From an uncultured bacterium (GTDB lineage Bacteria > Patescibacteriota > Minisyncoccia > Phycocordibacterales > PALSA-1337): 64,000 bases of DNA. The stretch is from the NCBI GenBank assembly GCA_963851055.1, contig CAWKMY010000006.1, positions 142,965 through 206,964 of the forward strand, in the 5' to 3' direction. The position numbers were made by a program, and so were the translations under genes. Numbering within the stretch: the stretch's first letter is position 1; every line of letters starts with the position of its first letter. Shown in pieces: positions 9,536 to 19,334 of this stretch. A model generated the notes under the pieces. The model had not been told where the DNA came from. It did no database searches and was given only the letters and a program-made list of their open reading frames with translations.

Positions 9536-9622
9536 CGGATGGGGTGAGATTCGAACTCACGGTCCCCTTTCAGGGACAGCAGTTTTCAAGACTGCCGCAT
9601 TAGACCGCTCTGCCACCCATCC
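9536..9622 (-). tRNA. tRNA-Ser (anticodon TGA)
   Basis: The reverse complement folds as a type II tRNA: GGATGGG acceptor, anticodon loop CTTGAAA, long variable arm, T-loop GTTCGAATC. Confidence 0.85.
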
Positions 9623-9705
9623 ATAAAAGCGCTATTGTTAATCGCTTATCGCCATCATAGAGGAAAAATTATGGCTTCGCAATGATTATGTGTTATCGTT
9701 TGGCC

Positions 9706-10107
9706 ATGCGACTCCTCGGCATAGACTATGGAACAAAGAGAGTAGGCATCGCCATTTCTGATGAAGCGGCGCAATTTGCCATGCCTTTTAGCGTTATTGC
9801 CAATAGCCAATCTCTCATGCGCGAGCTCGCGGATGAGATCGGGAAGATCGCCATTGCAAATGAGGTGAGAGATATCGTCATGGGCGAGTCGAAAGATTAT
9901 AAAGGCGAGCCAAATAAGATCATGTCCGGTAGCCTTGAATTGAAGAAACAATTAGAGAGCAAAGGATTCATCGTTCACCTCCAACCGGAATTTATGACCA
10001 GCGTCCAAGCGGAAAGATTCCAAGGAAAAACAGATAAGTCTGACGCTTCAGCGGCGGCGCTCATTTTGCAGGCGTATTTGGATAAGGAAAAAACGTCGCA
10101 AGAATAA
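9706..10107 (+). CDS. ruvX: YqgF/RuvX putative Holliday junction resolvase / pre-16S rRNA nuclease
   Basis: N-terminus MRLLGIDYGTKRVGIAISDE. The start was moved to the internal ATG at 9706. Confidence 0.8.
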   Translation: MRLLGIDYGTKRVGIAISDEAAQFAMPFSVIANSQSLMRELADEIGKIAIANEVRDIVMGESKDYKGEPNKIMSGSLELKKQLESKGFIVHLQPEFMTSVQAERFQGKTDKSDASAAALILQAYLDKEKTSQE

Positions 10108-10126
10108 TCTTCCGGTATAAATTTCA

Positions 10127-10735
10127 ATGTCTTCATTACTCTCAATCATAAATCCCCACGTCATCATTGCCACAGTCGGCGTTTTTGGCGTCATCGCCAT
10201 TATTTTCGCCGAAACGGGACTGTTTTTCGGCTTCTTCTTTCCGGGTGATTCTCTGCTTTTCACCGCCGGCTTTTTGGCTTCACAACATCAACTTTCACTG
10301 GGCTGGCTCCTCGTCGGTGCTTTCATTGCGGCGGTCATTGGAGACAGTGTCGGATATGCTTTTGGCAAGAAAGTCGGCCCTGCAATATTCACCAAAGAAG
10401 GCTCACTCTTTTTTGATAAGAAGCACATAGCCAGAGCGCAACATTTTTATGAGAAATATGGAAAAAAGACTATCATCTTGGCCCGTTTTATTCCCATTGT
10501 TCGCACTTTTGCGCCCATAGTGGCCGGAGTAGGGAATATGACCTACAAAACTTTCATCAGTTTCAATGTGATCGGCGGATTCCTCTGGACATGGGCCATG
10601 CTCTGGCTCGGTTATGGTTTTGGCGCGATGATTCCGGATCCTGACCGTTACGTCATACCGGCGGTTATTATAATAATCGTCATATCGGCATTACCTGCGT
10701 TGCGGGAGGTATTCAACAAGATTACTGTTTACTGA
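10127..10735 (+). CDS. DedA-family membrane protein
   Basis: Typical DedA pattern: FFPGDSLLFTAGFLA, YEKYGKKTIILARFIPIVRTF. Confidence 0.8.
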   Translation: MSSLLSIINPHVIIATVGVFGVIAIIFAETGLFFGFFFPGDSLLFTAGFLASQHQLSLGWLLVGAFIAAVIGDSVGYAFGKKVGPAIFTKEGSLFFDKKHIARAQHFYEKYGKKTIILARFIPIVRTFAPIVAGVGNMTYKTFISFNVIGGFLWTWAMLWLGYGFGAMIPDPDRYVIPAVIIIIVISALPALREVFNKITVY

Positions 10736-10830
10736 TTACCTGCTATAATCGCTTCGCTCATATATCGCCTGCGTTCGGACTTCGTGTAAACGAGCTTCCA
10801 CAAGTCCTCACTTGACGATATAATATCCCC

Positions 10831-11781
10831 GTGCACACGTCTATCTTTTTCAAGTTGTTCCCGCCGCCGAAATTTCTAAGCATATCTCATGCGGGTTTGG
10901 ATATATCCGATGACGCCATCCGTTTCATTCAGTACGACCGGCACGGCGGTTCTCTCGCTATATCGAAATATGGCCATGTCGATCTGCCCCCAGGCTTGGT
11001 CGATGGCGGCGAAATCAAAGATGAGAAGAAATTCATCGACATCCTTTCGAGCTTGGTCCGAGATAACGCTCTGTCATACGCCAAGATCTCTATTCCGGAG
11101 GAGAAAGCTTATCTGTTCGAGACCGAGGTACCTTCAGCTGATAACAGGTCCATCAGTCAGAGCATAGAGTTCAAGCTCGAAGAGAATATACCTCTCTCCG
11201 CGGCTGACGCGGTCTTCGCCTTCGACCTGCTTACGAGAGAGGCGGGCAAACCCATGCGCGCCAGCGTTTCCGCGGTCCCAAAGAGCTATATAGAGAGAAT
11301 GATAAGACTCCTCCGAGATGCGGGTATAATGCCGATCTCTTTTGAGACTGTTCCGAGGGCCATTGCTCGAATCATTTCCGAAGGCGCGCCCGGCGCTTCT
11401 ATGGTCATACATTGTATGGCTCGCAAGACCGGCGTCGACGTGGTATCTCTACGCGCGGTCGGATTCACTTCCACCATAAATGACGGAGAAACGGAGTCTG
11501 AAATTTCCGTTTATGTTGATGCTCTGGCCGCCGAAGTTCGCAGGGTCTATGCGTATTGGCTGTCTAGGGGCGACATCGTCGGCGCTTCCATAAAGCGAGT
11601 CATTGTAGCCGGGGCTGATGGGGAACGCGTCGCCGGATTGTTACGTCAGAAAGTGGTCGATCTTGTAGAGGTCGAGACGGCGGATATCTGGCGTGCGGTT
11701 TTCGATACTAGTAGCTACGTTCCGCCTATAGAGAGGAAAGATTCGCCTGAATATATCTCCGCCGCCGGCCTGGCTTTGTGA
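10831..11781 (+). CDS. pilM: Type IV pilus assembly protein PilM-like (GTG start)
   Basis: A 316-aa actin-like ATPase pattern (GLDISDDAIRFIQ...). It is followed by two single-TM proteins, as in pilMNO operons. Confidence 0.5.
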   Translation: MHTSIFFKLFPPPKFLSISHAGLDISDDAIRFIQYDRHGGSLAISKYGHVDLPPGLVDGGEIKDEKKFIDILSSLVRDNALSYAKISIPEEKAYLFETEVPSADNRSISQSIEFKLEENIPLSAADAVFAFDLLTREAGKPMRASVSAVPKSYIERMIRLLRDAGIMPISFETVPRAIARIISEGAPGASMVIHCMARKTGVDVVSLRAVGFTSTINDGETESEISVYVDALAAEVRRVYAYWLSRGDIVGASIKRVIVAGADGERVAGLLRQKVVDLVEVETADIWRAVFDTSSYVPPIERKDSPEYISAAGLAL

Positions 11782-11801
11782 TCTGAAACACCGTTTATAA
11801 A

Positions 11802-12341
11802 ATGGACTACACTTTTCTACCATATACCGAGGAAAAAGATCTCAAGCGGAAATATCGCATCCGCGCGTCCATCGTCCTTCTTTTTTTCCTATCGGTCTCC
11901 GGTGTTATCGGTATCGGATCGCTCTTCCCGGCCTATATACACGCTTCCCTCGAGGAGAGCGTTCATTTGCGTGACATAGCCGCGCTAAAGGAGGGTGGCA
12001 TCGATACTCTGAAGACCACAGAGCAAGACCTATCGGCGAGCACGGCCCTTATGTCAGACTTAGCAGGATCGATCACACCGGGTCCTTTCTCTGGCGTTGT
12101 TGCTAGTATCGCTTCGGCTCGAGGCAATGTACAAATAAACTCATTCTCGCTTTCGCGCGTTACACCGGCGTCTATTTCCATAGCTATCCAAGGATTAGCG
12201 CCCACTCGTTCCTCCTTGCTCTCGTTCAAGAGCCGTCTAGACGCGCTCGCCCCCGGCATTTCAGTCACTTTGCCGGTATCAGAGCTCGCCCACGATACGG
12301 ATATCCAGTTTTCAATAGAGATAACGGAACCAATGCCATGA
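11802..12341 (+). CDS. PilN-like pilus assembly protein
   Basis: Basic N-terminus, a single TM, then a periplasmic domain. The call rests on its position after the pilM-like gene. Confidence 0.4.
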   Translation: MDYTFLPYTEEKDLKRKYRIRASIVLLFFLSVSGVIGIGSLFPAYIHASLEESVHLRDIAALKEGGIDTLKTTEQDLSASTALMSDLAGSITPGPFSGVVASIASARGNVQINSFSLSRVTPASISIAIQGLAPTRSSLLSFKSRLDALAPGISVTLPVSELAHDTDIQFSIEITEPMP

Positions 12342-12898
12342 ATCATCCACACAACCATTTTGCCACACTGATCCTGGCCGCCGCCGTTACGCTGGTGATC
12401 GGCGTGCTTTACATATATATGTTCTATGCCACCAACGCTTCCGTCAATCAGGCTGATCTGGCTCGCGACATAGTCCGTGTGGAGATGTCCGACCAGTCCC
12501 AATCCAAGTCCCTCTCTCAACTCGCGTCTTCCACTGCCGCATCCCGTGCTCACCTGAATTCGTTCTTCGTTCCGGCTGACGACGTAGTAACTTTCATCAC
12601 CTCATTGGAATCTATAGGCGGAGAGTCTGGTAGTTCTCTGTCTCTAGCCTCGATAGACGCCGACTCTCTGGATGGCAAACCCGCGGGGACCATAGGCACC
12701 GTACGCGCCCACATAGATGCCGATGGCTCGTGGTCGTCAGTCATGAGGGCTTTAGCCATAGCTGAAAATATGCCGTATGCCGTTTCCATCGACCAGGTTC
12801 AGTTGAACGCCTCCACTGGTCAGAACGGACGCAGTACCTGGAACTTATCTTTCGATATACAGGCTGCTATGATAGTGCTCGCGCCCGCTTCAAAATAA
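12338..12898 (+). CDS. PilO-like pilus assembly protein
   Basis: Single N-terminal TM with a 4-nt overlap on the upstream gene. The assignment is by context only. Confidence 0.3.
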   Translation: MNHPHNHFATLILAAAVTLVIGVLYIYMFYATNASVNQADLARDIVRVEMSDQSQSKSLSQLASSTAASRAHLNSFFVPADDVVTFITSLESIGGESGSSLSLASIDADSLDGKPAGTIGTVRAHIDADGSWSSVMRALAIAENMPYAVSIDQVQLNASTGQNGRSTWNLSFDIQAAMIVLAPASK

Positions 12899-12902
12899 GC
12901 AC

Positions 12903-13202
12903 ATGAAAAAATTCTCACATTTACGATATATGATAGGCAACGACCCCTTCGTCGATTGGGCCTTGATCTTCGCGTCATCGGTCTTCGTAGCTATCGTAGC
13001 CGTCATTGTCGGAGTATATGTCTATGCAGGCGGCGCCGCGTCTCTCGCGTCCACTCCGCCCATCGCGGAGAGCGAAAACCAAGCCGCGCATTTTGACGCG
13101 GCGGAGCTCACTACCATAACGGCGGCATTTGACGCCCGTGCGGCAGAGAGAGTACTCTTGACCAGAGGCTATTCAGGGCCGTCCGATCCATCCCTCCCGT
13201 AG
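12903..13202 (+). CDS. Hypothetical single-TM protein in pilus block
   Basis: A 99-aa ORF with one TM. Its last 10 nt overlap tRNA-Arg(TCT). Confidence 0.35.
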   Translation: MKKFSHLRYMIGNDPFVDWALIFASSVFVAIVAVIVGVYVYAGGAASLASTPPIAESENQAAHFDAAELTTITAAFDARAAERVLLTRGYSGPSDPSLP

Positions 13203-13264
13203 TTCAATGGATAGAACAGGAGACTTCTAAGCTCTTGATGAGGGTTCGATTCCCCCCGGGAGGA
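13193..13264 (+). tRNA. tRNA-Arg (anticodon TCT), with stem irregularities
   Basis: Perfect acceptor CCTCCCG/CGGGAGG and anticodon loop CTTCTAA. One A-G mismatch closes the anticodon stem and the T stem has one A-C mismatch. Confidence 0.6.
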
Positions 13265-13373
13265 CAAAAAGCTAGTTTACAAGCTGTGAATTACTTGACT
13301 TGCGTGAGCTATTATCGTGGTACAATTATGGAGGTCATCTATTTATCAATTAGTAACAGTTAATTTACGTAAT

Positions 13374-13604
13374 ATGAAAGCACTACATTGTATAGCGTTC
13401 ATTCTCGTCATCATCGGCGGATTGAACTGGGGTCTCATCGGCATCAATCCTAGCTGGAATGTCGTCGGCATGATCTTCGGTGGAGTAGGCTGGCTTCTAG
13501 CCTTGGTCTACATTCTAGTCGGCCTGTCAGCCCTCTATCTCGTCTTCACACACAAGAAGACTTGCAAGAATTGCGACAAGGGCGCCACAGCTCCGCAGAT
13601 GTAA
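13374..13604 (+). CDS. DUF378-family small membrane protein
   Basis: MKALHCIAFILVIIGGLNWGLIG pattern. The start was moved to the internal ATG. A hairpin terminator follows. Confidence 0.65.
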   Translation: MKALHCIAFILVIIGGLNWGLIGINPSWNVVGMIFGGVGWLLALVYILVGLSALYLVFTHKKTCKNCDKGATAPQM

Positions 13605-13806
13605 TTTTAGAGCCTGCGCCACTTGCGCGGCTCTTGGGAGATCGCCTCTTTAACGGGGCGATTTTTCGTTCTATCGGCTTGGCCTAGTTTTTCTTAAAAA
13701 GACTATTTCACTTATTATTACTAATTTTGGGTATTATCCCTGATTTTTAGTTCCATAATATAATTATATCAAGTAAATAGATTTTTTAGTTTGTCTGACT
13801 AAAAGG

Positions 13807-13879
13807 TGCGCGATGCAGGACTCGAACCTGCGACCTGCCCGATGTAAACGGGATGCTCTACCAACTGAGCTAATCGCGC
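13807..13879 (-). tRNA. tRNA-Val (anticodon TAC)
   Basis: Reverse complement: acceptor GCGCGAT, D-arm AGCTCAGTTGGTAGAGC, anticodon loop TTTACAT, T-loop GGTTCGAGTCC. Confidence 0.85.
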
Positions 13880-13965
13880 GAGTCTGCGTACTATAGACCA
13901 AAAACCGTCCATTTTCAATGACCAAGTATTGACTTATTGTATGATAGCGATATAAAATATAACTC

Positions 13966-14625
13966 ATGAAGTCAAAGATGAAACAAAAATCCATAGAAAT
14001 GAGAAAAGCAGGATATTCTGTAAAAGAGATATCGGAAGCATTATCTGTTGCCAAAGGAAGTGTTAGTACGTGGGTTAAGGAAGTTATTTTGACTCCCAAG
14101 CAAAAACTTCATCTGAAAAATAAGACTCATTCTCCTGAAGTTATAGAAAAAAGGAGGCAGAGCCGATTACATAATGAGGCAAATAAAAAAGTCTTTGCTA
14201 TAGAGGTGGCCTCTAAAGAGATTAGGAAAATCGATCAGGATATGCTTAAAATGATAGGAATTGGGCTGTATTGGGGAGAAGGCTCCAAAAGAAAAAAGGG
14301 GATGGCTCGTATAAGCAATAGTGACCCTGATTTGATAAAGATGGGCATGAGATTTTTTCGGGAGGTCTGTGAGGTCAAAGAAGACAGGTTTCGTGCACAT
14401 ATTCATATCCACTCGCATAATGCAGTTAAGAAAGCCGAAAGATACTGGTCTAATGTTACAGGCGTACCGACTTCACAGTTTTTCAAGACGTATGCAATTA
14501 AAAGTAAGAGTTCAAAAAATCTGAGACAAACATTGCCATATGGGACAATAGACGTTGGAGTAGGTGATACTAAGCTCTTGCTAAAGGTATTAGGATGGAT
14601 TGAAGGAGTTAAAAAACAATTATGA
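13966..14625 (+). CDS. HTH plus single-motif LAGLIDADG-like endonuclease family protein
   Basis: N-terminal HTH (AGYSVKEISEALSVAKGSVSTWV) and one LAGLIDADG-like motif (GIGLYWGEGSK). Divergent from tRNA-Val. Confidence 0.45.
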   Translation: MKSKMKQKSIEMRKAGYSVKEISEALSVAKGSVSTWVKEVILTPKQKLHLKNKTHSPEVIEKRRQSRLHNEANKKVFAIEVASKEIRKIDQDMLKMIGIGLYWGEGSKRKKGMARISNSDPDLIKMGMRFFREVCEVKEDRFRAHIHIHSHNAVKKAERYWSNVTGVPTSQFFKTYAIKSKSSKNLRQTLPYGTIDVGVGDTKLLLKVLGWIEGVKKQL

Positions 14626-15380
14626 CTAAAGATATAGACATTCCAATTCTCTACGAAGACGCCGATATAGTTGCGATCAATAAGCCATCAGGCCTGATGG
14701 TGCATCCTGATGGCAGATCAGAAGGTCCTTTTCTAACGGATTGGGTTTTGGATAAATTTCCAAAAACAGCCGACGTTGGTGAACCTACTCGCGCTCCAGA
14801 TGGAACAGAAATAGCTAGGCCGGGAATAGTTCATCGCCTCGATAGGGAAACGTCCGGCGTTCTTCTCATAGCAAAGACTGTGGCCGGACACGCATGCCTG
14901 AAACAGCAATTTAAAGATAGAACTATAAAGAAGAAATACGTTGCTTTCGTTTGGGGCGATCTTGAAGAAGAGTTCGGAACAATTGACCGACCCATAGGCC
15001 GTAGCAGCGGAGACTTCCGCAAATGGTCCGCCCAGCGCGGCGCCCGTGGCGACAAGCGCGATGCCGAGACTTATTGGACCAAGCTAGGCTATGCCGCTCT
15101 CGGCGAGGCCAAGGATCAACAATCATTTACTCTTATGGAGGCAGAGCCGAAGACAGGTAGGACTCATCAAATAAGGGTGCATTTTGCTGCCATCCAGCAC
15201 CCAGTTGTCGGTGACACTTTATATGCGCCGAATAGGCCCAAGGCTCTGGGTTTTGAGCGCACGGCTCTGCATGCGCGTTCTATTGAGTTTGATAATGTTG
15301 CAGGGAAGCATGTACGCGTTGAAGCGCCTTTGCCGGAGGATTTCGTGAAGGCGTGTGAGGTGACGGGGATAAAGATTTAA
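14622..15380 (+). CDS. RluA-family pseudouridine synthase (RluD-like)
   Basis: Catalytic motif HRLDRETSGVLLIAK and the C-terminal GRTHQIRVH. Confidence 0.85.
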   Translation: MTKDIDIPILYEDADIVAINKPSGLMVHPDGRSEGPFLTDWVLDKFPKTADVGEPTRAPDGTEIARPGIVHRLDRETSGVLLIAKTVAGHACLKQQFKDRTIKKKYVAFVWGDLEEEFGTIDRPIGRSSGDFRKWSAQRGARGDKRDAETYWTKLGYAALGEAKDQQSFTLMEAEPKTGRTHQIRVHFAAIQHPVVGDTLYAPNRPKALGFERTALHARSIEFDNVAGKHVRVEAPLPEDFVKACEVTGIKI

Positions 15381-15385
15381 GGGTA

Positions 15386-15419
15386 TTGACAGCAAATAAC
15401 CGTTGTATATACTACGGTT
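15386..15419 (+). promoter_or_regulatory. Promoter with embedded inverted repeat (likely antitoxin operator)
   Basis: TTGACA, a 16-nt spacer, then TATACT, ending 6 nt before the ATG. The inverted repeat AACCGT...ACGGTT brackets the -10. Confidence 0.45.
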
Positions 15420-15695
15420 ATGAAAACAGTCATAAACATAAAAGCGGATAGTGACGTAAAGGAGCAAGCCTTCGCTGTTGCTCGCGATATGGGTGTGCCT
15501 TTGAGTACCATCATCAATGCTTTCCTGAAGCGCTTTATTTTCGATAGAAGTATTACACTCGATGCTCCTTTGAGACCGTCGAAGTATCTTGAGAAAGTAT
15601 TGAAGCAGGCAGACAAAGACATAAAGGCAGGCAAGAATCTTTCGCCGATGTTTTTTGATACAAAGAAAGAAGATGCATACCTAGCCCGATTATGA
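15420..15695 (+). CDS. RelB/DinJ-family antitoxin
   Basis: Ribbon-helix-helix-like N-terminus (VINIKADSDVKEQAFAVARDMGVPLSTIINAFLKRF). It overlaps the downstream toxin gene by 4 nt. Confidence 0.65.
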   Translation: MKTVINIKADSDVKEQAFAVARDMGVPLSTIINAFLKRFIFDRSITLDAPLRPSKYLEKVLKQADKDIKAGKNLSPMFFDTKKEDAYLARL

Positions 15696-15961
15696 GAAGA
15701 ATTGTCAATCGCATATATCATAGGACTTTCCAGAAATCGTATGCGAAACAGACGAAGGAAATTAAAGATGCTTTTAGAGAAAGGAGAAACTTGTTAATGA
15801 TCGACTCGGAGCATCCGTTACTGAATAACCATCCTCTGCATGGTAAGTGGAAAGGGTGTTGGAGTATCAACGTGACCGGCGATATTCGCGCGATCTATAA
15901 AATGGAGGGATTTATCGCTATCTTTTTGGATATCGGAAGCCATGGGCAGTTGTATAGGTAA
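15692..15961 (+). CDS. YafQ/RelE-family mRNA interferase toxin
   Basis: Motif block HPLHGKWKGCWSINVTGDIRAIY...IGSHGQLY. Confidence 0.7.
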   Translation: MRRIVNRIYHRTFQKSYAKQTKEIKDAFRERRNLLMIDSEHPLLNNHPLHGKWKGCWSINVTGDIRAIYKMEGFIAIFLDIGSHGQLYR

Positions 15962-16025
15962 TTTTTATGTTTGGTAATATCAAATAGGGAGTGTTCAGAA
16001 CTTATAGGTGTGATAGTATAATTCT

Positions 16026-16367
16026 ATGGAAAATTCTCTCACAGCTTTCGTCGCAGTATTATTTTTTTCTGTATGTATAGGATATTGTCTGATGACTTTA
16101 TTTACCGGTAAGTTTCCCGTAACAGGAGGTCTTTGGCGTAATAGTGTTCTCTTCGGAAATGGCAGTGTCAACCCAAGATTGCTCACCGGGGGTCGTGCCC
16201 GTGTCTTTTCAGTGTTGGTACTAATTTTATTCGTTATGTTTACACTAGTTTTATCTGGGCAAAATAGCTTCATCATTAACAACATACTTTACAGTAATTT
16301 AATTTCTGTAATACCCGGATTATTTATTGGCAGTGTTTTATACAAGATTGCCTTAAAATCTGTTTAA
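16026..16367 (+). CDS. Hypothetical membrane protein
   Basis: A 113-aa ORF with about 3 TM segments and no known motif. Confidence 0.35.
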   Translation: MENSLTAFVAVLFFSVCIGYCLMTLFTGKFPVTGGLWRNSVLFGNGSVNPRLLTGGRARVFSVLVLILFVMFTLVLSGQNSFIINNILYSNLISVIPGLFIGSVLYKIALKSV

Positions 16368-16445
16368 CCAAATTTCTTTACATTCCCCCGAAAAAATGCT
16401 TAAATAACCCCCTACGACGCGGCCGACTGCCGCGCCAAAACATTC

Positions 16446-18275
16446 ATGGAAAAGCAACAGATCCGCAACATTGCCATCATAGCCCACGTGGACCATGGCA
16501 AGACCACCTTGACTGACGCCATCATGACCCAATGCGGTCACGGTGACGAAGGCTCCATGGACTCGAACGCCCTTGAACAGGAGCGCGGTATTACCATATA
16601 CGCCAAGAATACCTCCATCCAGTACAAGGGAACCAAGATCAATATTGTCGACACTCCAGGCCACGCCGACTTCGGCTCCGAGGTTGAGCGCGTCCTTCGT
16701 GCCATCGATACCGTTCTTCTGGTCGTTGATGCCCAGGAAGGTCCGATGCCGCAGACTCGCTTCGTTCTCAAAAAGTCTCTCGAGCTTGGTCTCAAGCCTA
16801 TAGTAGTCATCAACAAGATAGACAAAGCCGCCGCCAATCCCGCACGCACCCATGATGAAGTCCTGGAGCTCTTCATTGAGCTCGGCGCCCACGATTCACA
16901 GATAGATTTTCCGACCATATATGCCATAGGTCGCCAGGGCGTGGCCAAGAAGTCCTTGACTGACGAGTTCAAAGACATAACTCCTCTTTTGGATACCATC
17001 ATCGAACATGTGCCGCCAGCCAACAGAGATTCAAGCGCGCCCCTGACAGCTCAAGTCTTCAACTTAAGCTACGACAATTTTCTCGGCCGTTTGGCTGTAG
17101 CACGTATTTACGATGGGACAATCAAAGATGGCCAAAATGTCTGGGTCAAGAGCCATCCATCGACAGGGGAAGCCAAGTCTTTTACCGGAAAAATAACCAA
17201 ACTCTTCACTTTTGACGGTAAGAAGCGCACCGAGGTAGCGCAAGCCGAATCAGGTGACATCGTCACCATCGCCGGTATTCCGGACATATATATTGGTGAG
17301 ACTATCACCGACAATGAAGCTACCGCCGCAATGCCAGCTATCAAAGTGGATGAGCCGACTATCAACCTGCAATTCTTGGTTAACAATTCTCCATTTGCCG
17401 GACGCGAAGGCACTTTCGTCACTGGCCGTCAAATCCGTGAGCGCCTCGAGCGCGAGCTAGAGACGAATGTCGGCTTGAAAGTTGATTTCTCTGCCAATGA
17501 TTATATGACTGTATACGGCCGTGGTGAGCTACACATCGCCATTCTCATAGAAAATATGCGTCGCGAAGGATATGAGCTCCAGGTTTCCCAGCCGAAAGTT
17601 ATCATCAAAGAAGAGGCTGACGCTAACGGAAAGATGCAGAAACTCGAGCCGTTTGAGGAAGTCATAATAGACTGTCCGCAGGAATATTCCGGCATCATCA
17701 TAGAGACTCTGGGCAAGAGGAAGGGCATCATGAATGATATGAAGACGCACGGCAATCAGGTGCGCATGGTATTCGAGATGCCAACTCGTGGCCTTCTCGG
17801 CTATAGGAATGCTTTCACCATCGACACAAAAGGCGAAGGTATCATGTCCAGTCGTGTCATCGGTTTCAAGCCGCATGCAGGTGATATTGAGAAGCGCGAG
17901 ACCGGCTCGATGACTTCCATGGCCTCTGGCAAATCCCTAGGCTTCTCTCTTTGGAATCTCCAAGACCGTGGCCGTCTCTTCATCGCTCCGGCCGTCGAAG
18001 TCTATCAAGGCATGGTCATCGGTGACACCGCCAAAGGCGACGATTTGGACGTCAATCCGACCAAGGGCAAAGCTCTCTCCAATATGCGCTCATCCGGCAA
18101 GGACGAAGCTCTCATGCTCGTGCCGCCTTATGAATTGTCTATCGAGCGTGGTCTTGAGCTCATGCGCGAAGATGAATATCTGGAGATCACACCGAAGTCA
18201 GTCCGTCTGCGCAAGAAGTTTTTGACTGAACTTGATCGTGCCAAGTCGAAGAGGAAGGATGGGACTCTGGTCTAA
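16446..18275 (+). CDS. typA: Translational GTPase TypA/BipA
   Basis: GTPase motifs [21 protein letters not shown], with full-length BipA architecture (609 aa). Confidence 0.95.
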   Translation: MEKQQIRNIAIIAHVDHGKTTLTDAIMTQCGHGDEGSMDSNALEQERGITIYAKNTSIQYKGTKINIVDTPGHADFGSEVERVLRAIDTVLLVVDAQEGPMPQTRFVLKKSLELGLKPIVVINKIDKAAANPARTHDEVLELFIELGAHDSQIDFPTIYAIGRQGVAKKSLTDEFKDITPLLDTIIEHVPPANRDSSAPLTAQVFNLSYDNFLGRLAVARIYDGTIKDGQNVWVKSHPSTGEAKSFTGKITKLFTFDGKKRTEVAQAESGDIVTIAGIPDIYIGETITDNEATAAMPAIKVDEPTINLQFLVNNSPFAGREGTFVTGRQIRERLERELETNVGLKVDFSANDYMTVYGRGELHIAILIENMRREGYELQVSQPKVIIKEEADANGKMQKLEPFEEVIIDCPQEYSGIIIETLGKRKGIMNDMKTHGNQVRMVFEMPTRGLLGYRNAFTIDTKGEGIMSSRVIGFKPHAGDIEKRETGSMTSMASGKSLGFSLWNLQDRGRLFIAPAVEVYQGMVIGDTAKGDDLDVNPTKGKALSNMRSSGKDEALMLVPPYELSIERGLELMREDEYLEITPKSVRLRKKFLTELDRAKSKRKDGTLV

Positions 18276-18361
18276 TGTAGGCGTCAAATATTGGGATAAA
18301 AAATTCCCCAAGCCGCAAAGCGAGGGGGATTTTGAGATTAGTCTGATAGAGTAGTTGTTTG

Positions 18362-18730
18362 CTATCCAGATGATAATTTATTACGACGCACGAGGAGTTC
18401 GCGAACCATTGCAAAGTTCAATGGCGTTTGAAGACCGCTAGTGACGATTTTCAGATAATCGATATCCTCGGTCGTTACCAGAATCTCTTGATCGTGGATG
18501 GCTCGCTCTGGCAATTCAGTAAAGCCAAGCCATTGCCCGAGTTGTTCAGGTGCAACTTGGTATGCTTGTGCGTATTGGCGCACCCGAGGAAGGGTAATCC
18601 CAGATGTTCCGTTCTCAATCCGCATAATCGTAGTGCGATTACAATAGGCCCTGATGCCCATTTCAATCGGCGAGAATCCGATCTCTTCCCGGCGTTGTCT
18701 TAAAAGCCGTCCGACTTCTTTTTTGTCCAT
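18362..18730 (-). CDS. XRE-family helix-turn-helix transcriptional regulator
   Basis: N-terminal HTH_3 pattern (LLRQRREEIGFSPIEMGIRAYCNRTTIMRIENG). Divergent from hicBA. Confidence 0.7.
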   Translation of the reverse strand: MDKKEVGRLLRQRREEIGFSPIEMGIRAYCNRTTIMRIENGTSGITLPRVRQYAQAYQVAPEQLGQWLGFTELPERAIHDQEILVTTEDIDYLKIVTSGLQTPLNFAMVRELLVRRNKLSSG

Positions 18731-18874
18731 AACTAAGTATAAGTTGTTCCTCTAATTCAATAGAGTCGCCTTTTTCAAAGGGCATTGTTATTGTTTTTAC
18801 CGCTAAAAACAAACTAGCATAAAATATAAATTTGTCAAGTACCACCCATCATTATTAATTGCTATCATTCACTC

Positions 18875-19123
18875 ATGATTCAAAACTACATTTCAACATA
18901 TTTGAATAAAGCATCATATGAACTCATTGATGGGGGCAAGAAATTCTATGGAGAGATTAAGGCTCTTCGTGGTGTTTGGGCAGTCGGCAGAACACTTGAA
19001 GAATGTCGTGCGAACTTGCTCACAACCATCGAAGGTTGGATGATATTTCGCCTGAAGAAAAATCTTCCGATTCCAAATTTCAAAATTCCAAGCTACCGAT
19101 TGTCCGCCAAAAGATATGCCTAA
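18875..19123 (+). CDS. hicB: HicB-family antitoxin
   Basis: An 82-aa HicB-like fold signature (GEIKALRGVWAVGRTLEECRANLLTTIEGW). It overlaps hicA by 8 nt. Confidence 0.6.
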   Translation: MIQNYISTYLNKASYELIDGGKKFYGEIKALRGVWAVGRTLEECRANLLTTIEGWMIFRLKKNLPIPNFKIPSYRLSAKRYA

Positions 19124-19334
19124 ACTGTCTCCGATCTCATGGAGTGCTTTCGTCCGCAAGATGAAAGCACTCGGTTTCGGCGGACCTTTCCAAGAAGGTA
19201 AGCATCCATATATGGTCAAGGGAAACTTATCCATCACAATACCCAATCCTCATAAAGAGGGCGTAAACGTCGATTTATTGATCAGAATCTTAAGACAGGC
19301 AATGGTTTCTAGACAGGATTGGTTGAAGAAATAA
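19116..19334 (+). CDS. hicA: HicA-family mRNA interferase toxin
   Basis: A 72-aa YcfA/HicA pattern (FVRKMKALGF...GKHPYMVKG...ITIPNPH). Confidence 0.7.
   Translation: MPKLSPISWSAFVRKMKALGFGGPFQEGKHPYMVKGNLSITIPNPHKEGVNVDLLIRILRQAMVSRQDWLKK

Noticed and set aside
13764-14099. A 111-aa minus-strand ORF covering tRNA-Val and the start of the HTH/LAGLIDADG-like gene.
   Set aside because: It overlaps a well-folded tRNA and a better-supported opposite-strand gene. It has no coding signature.
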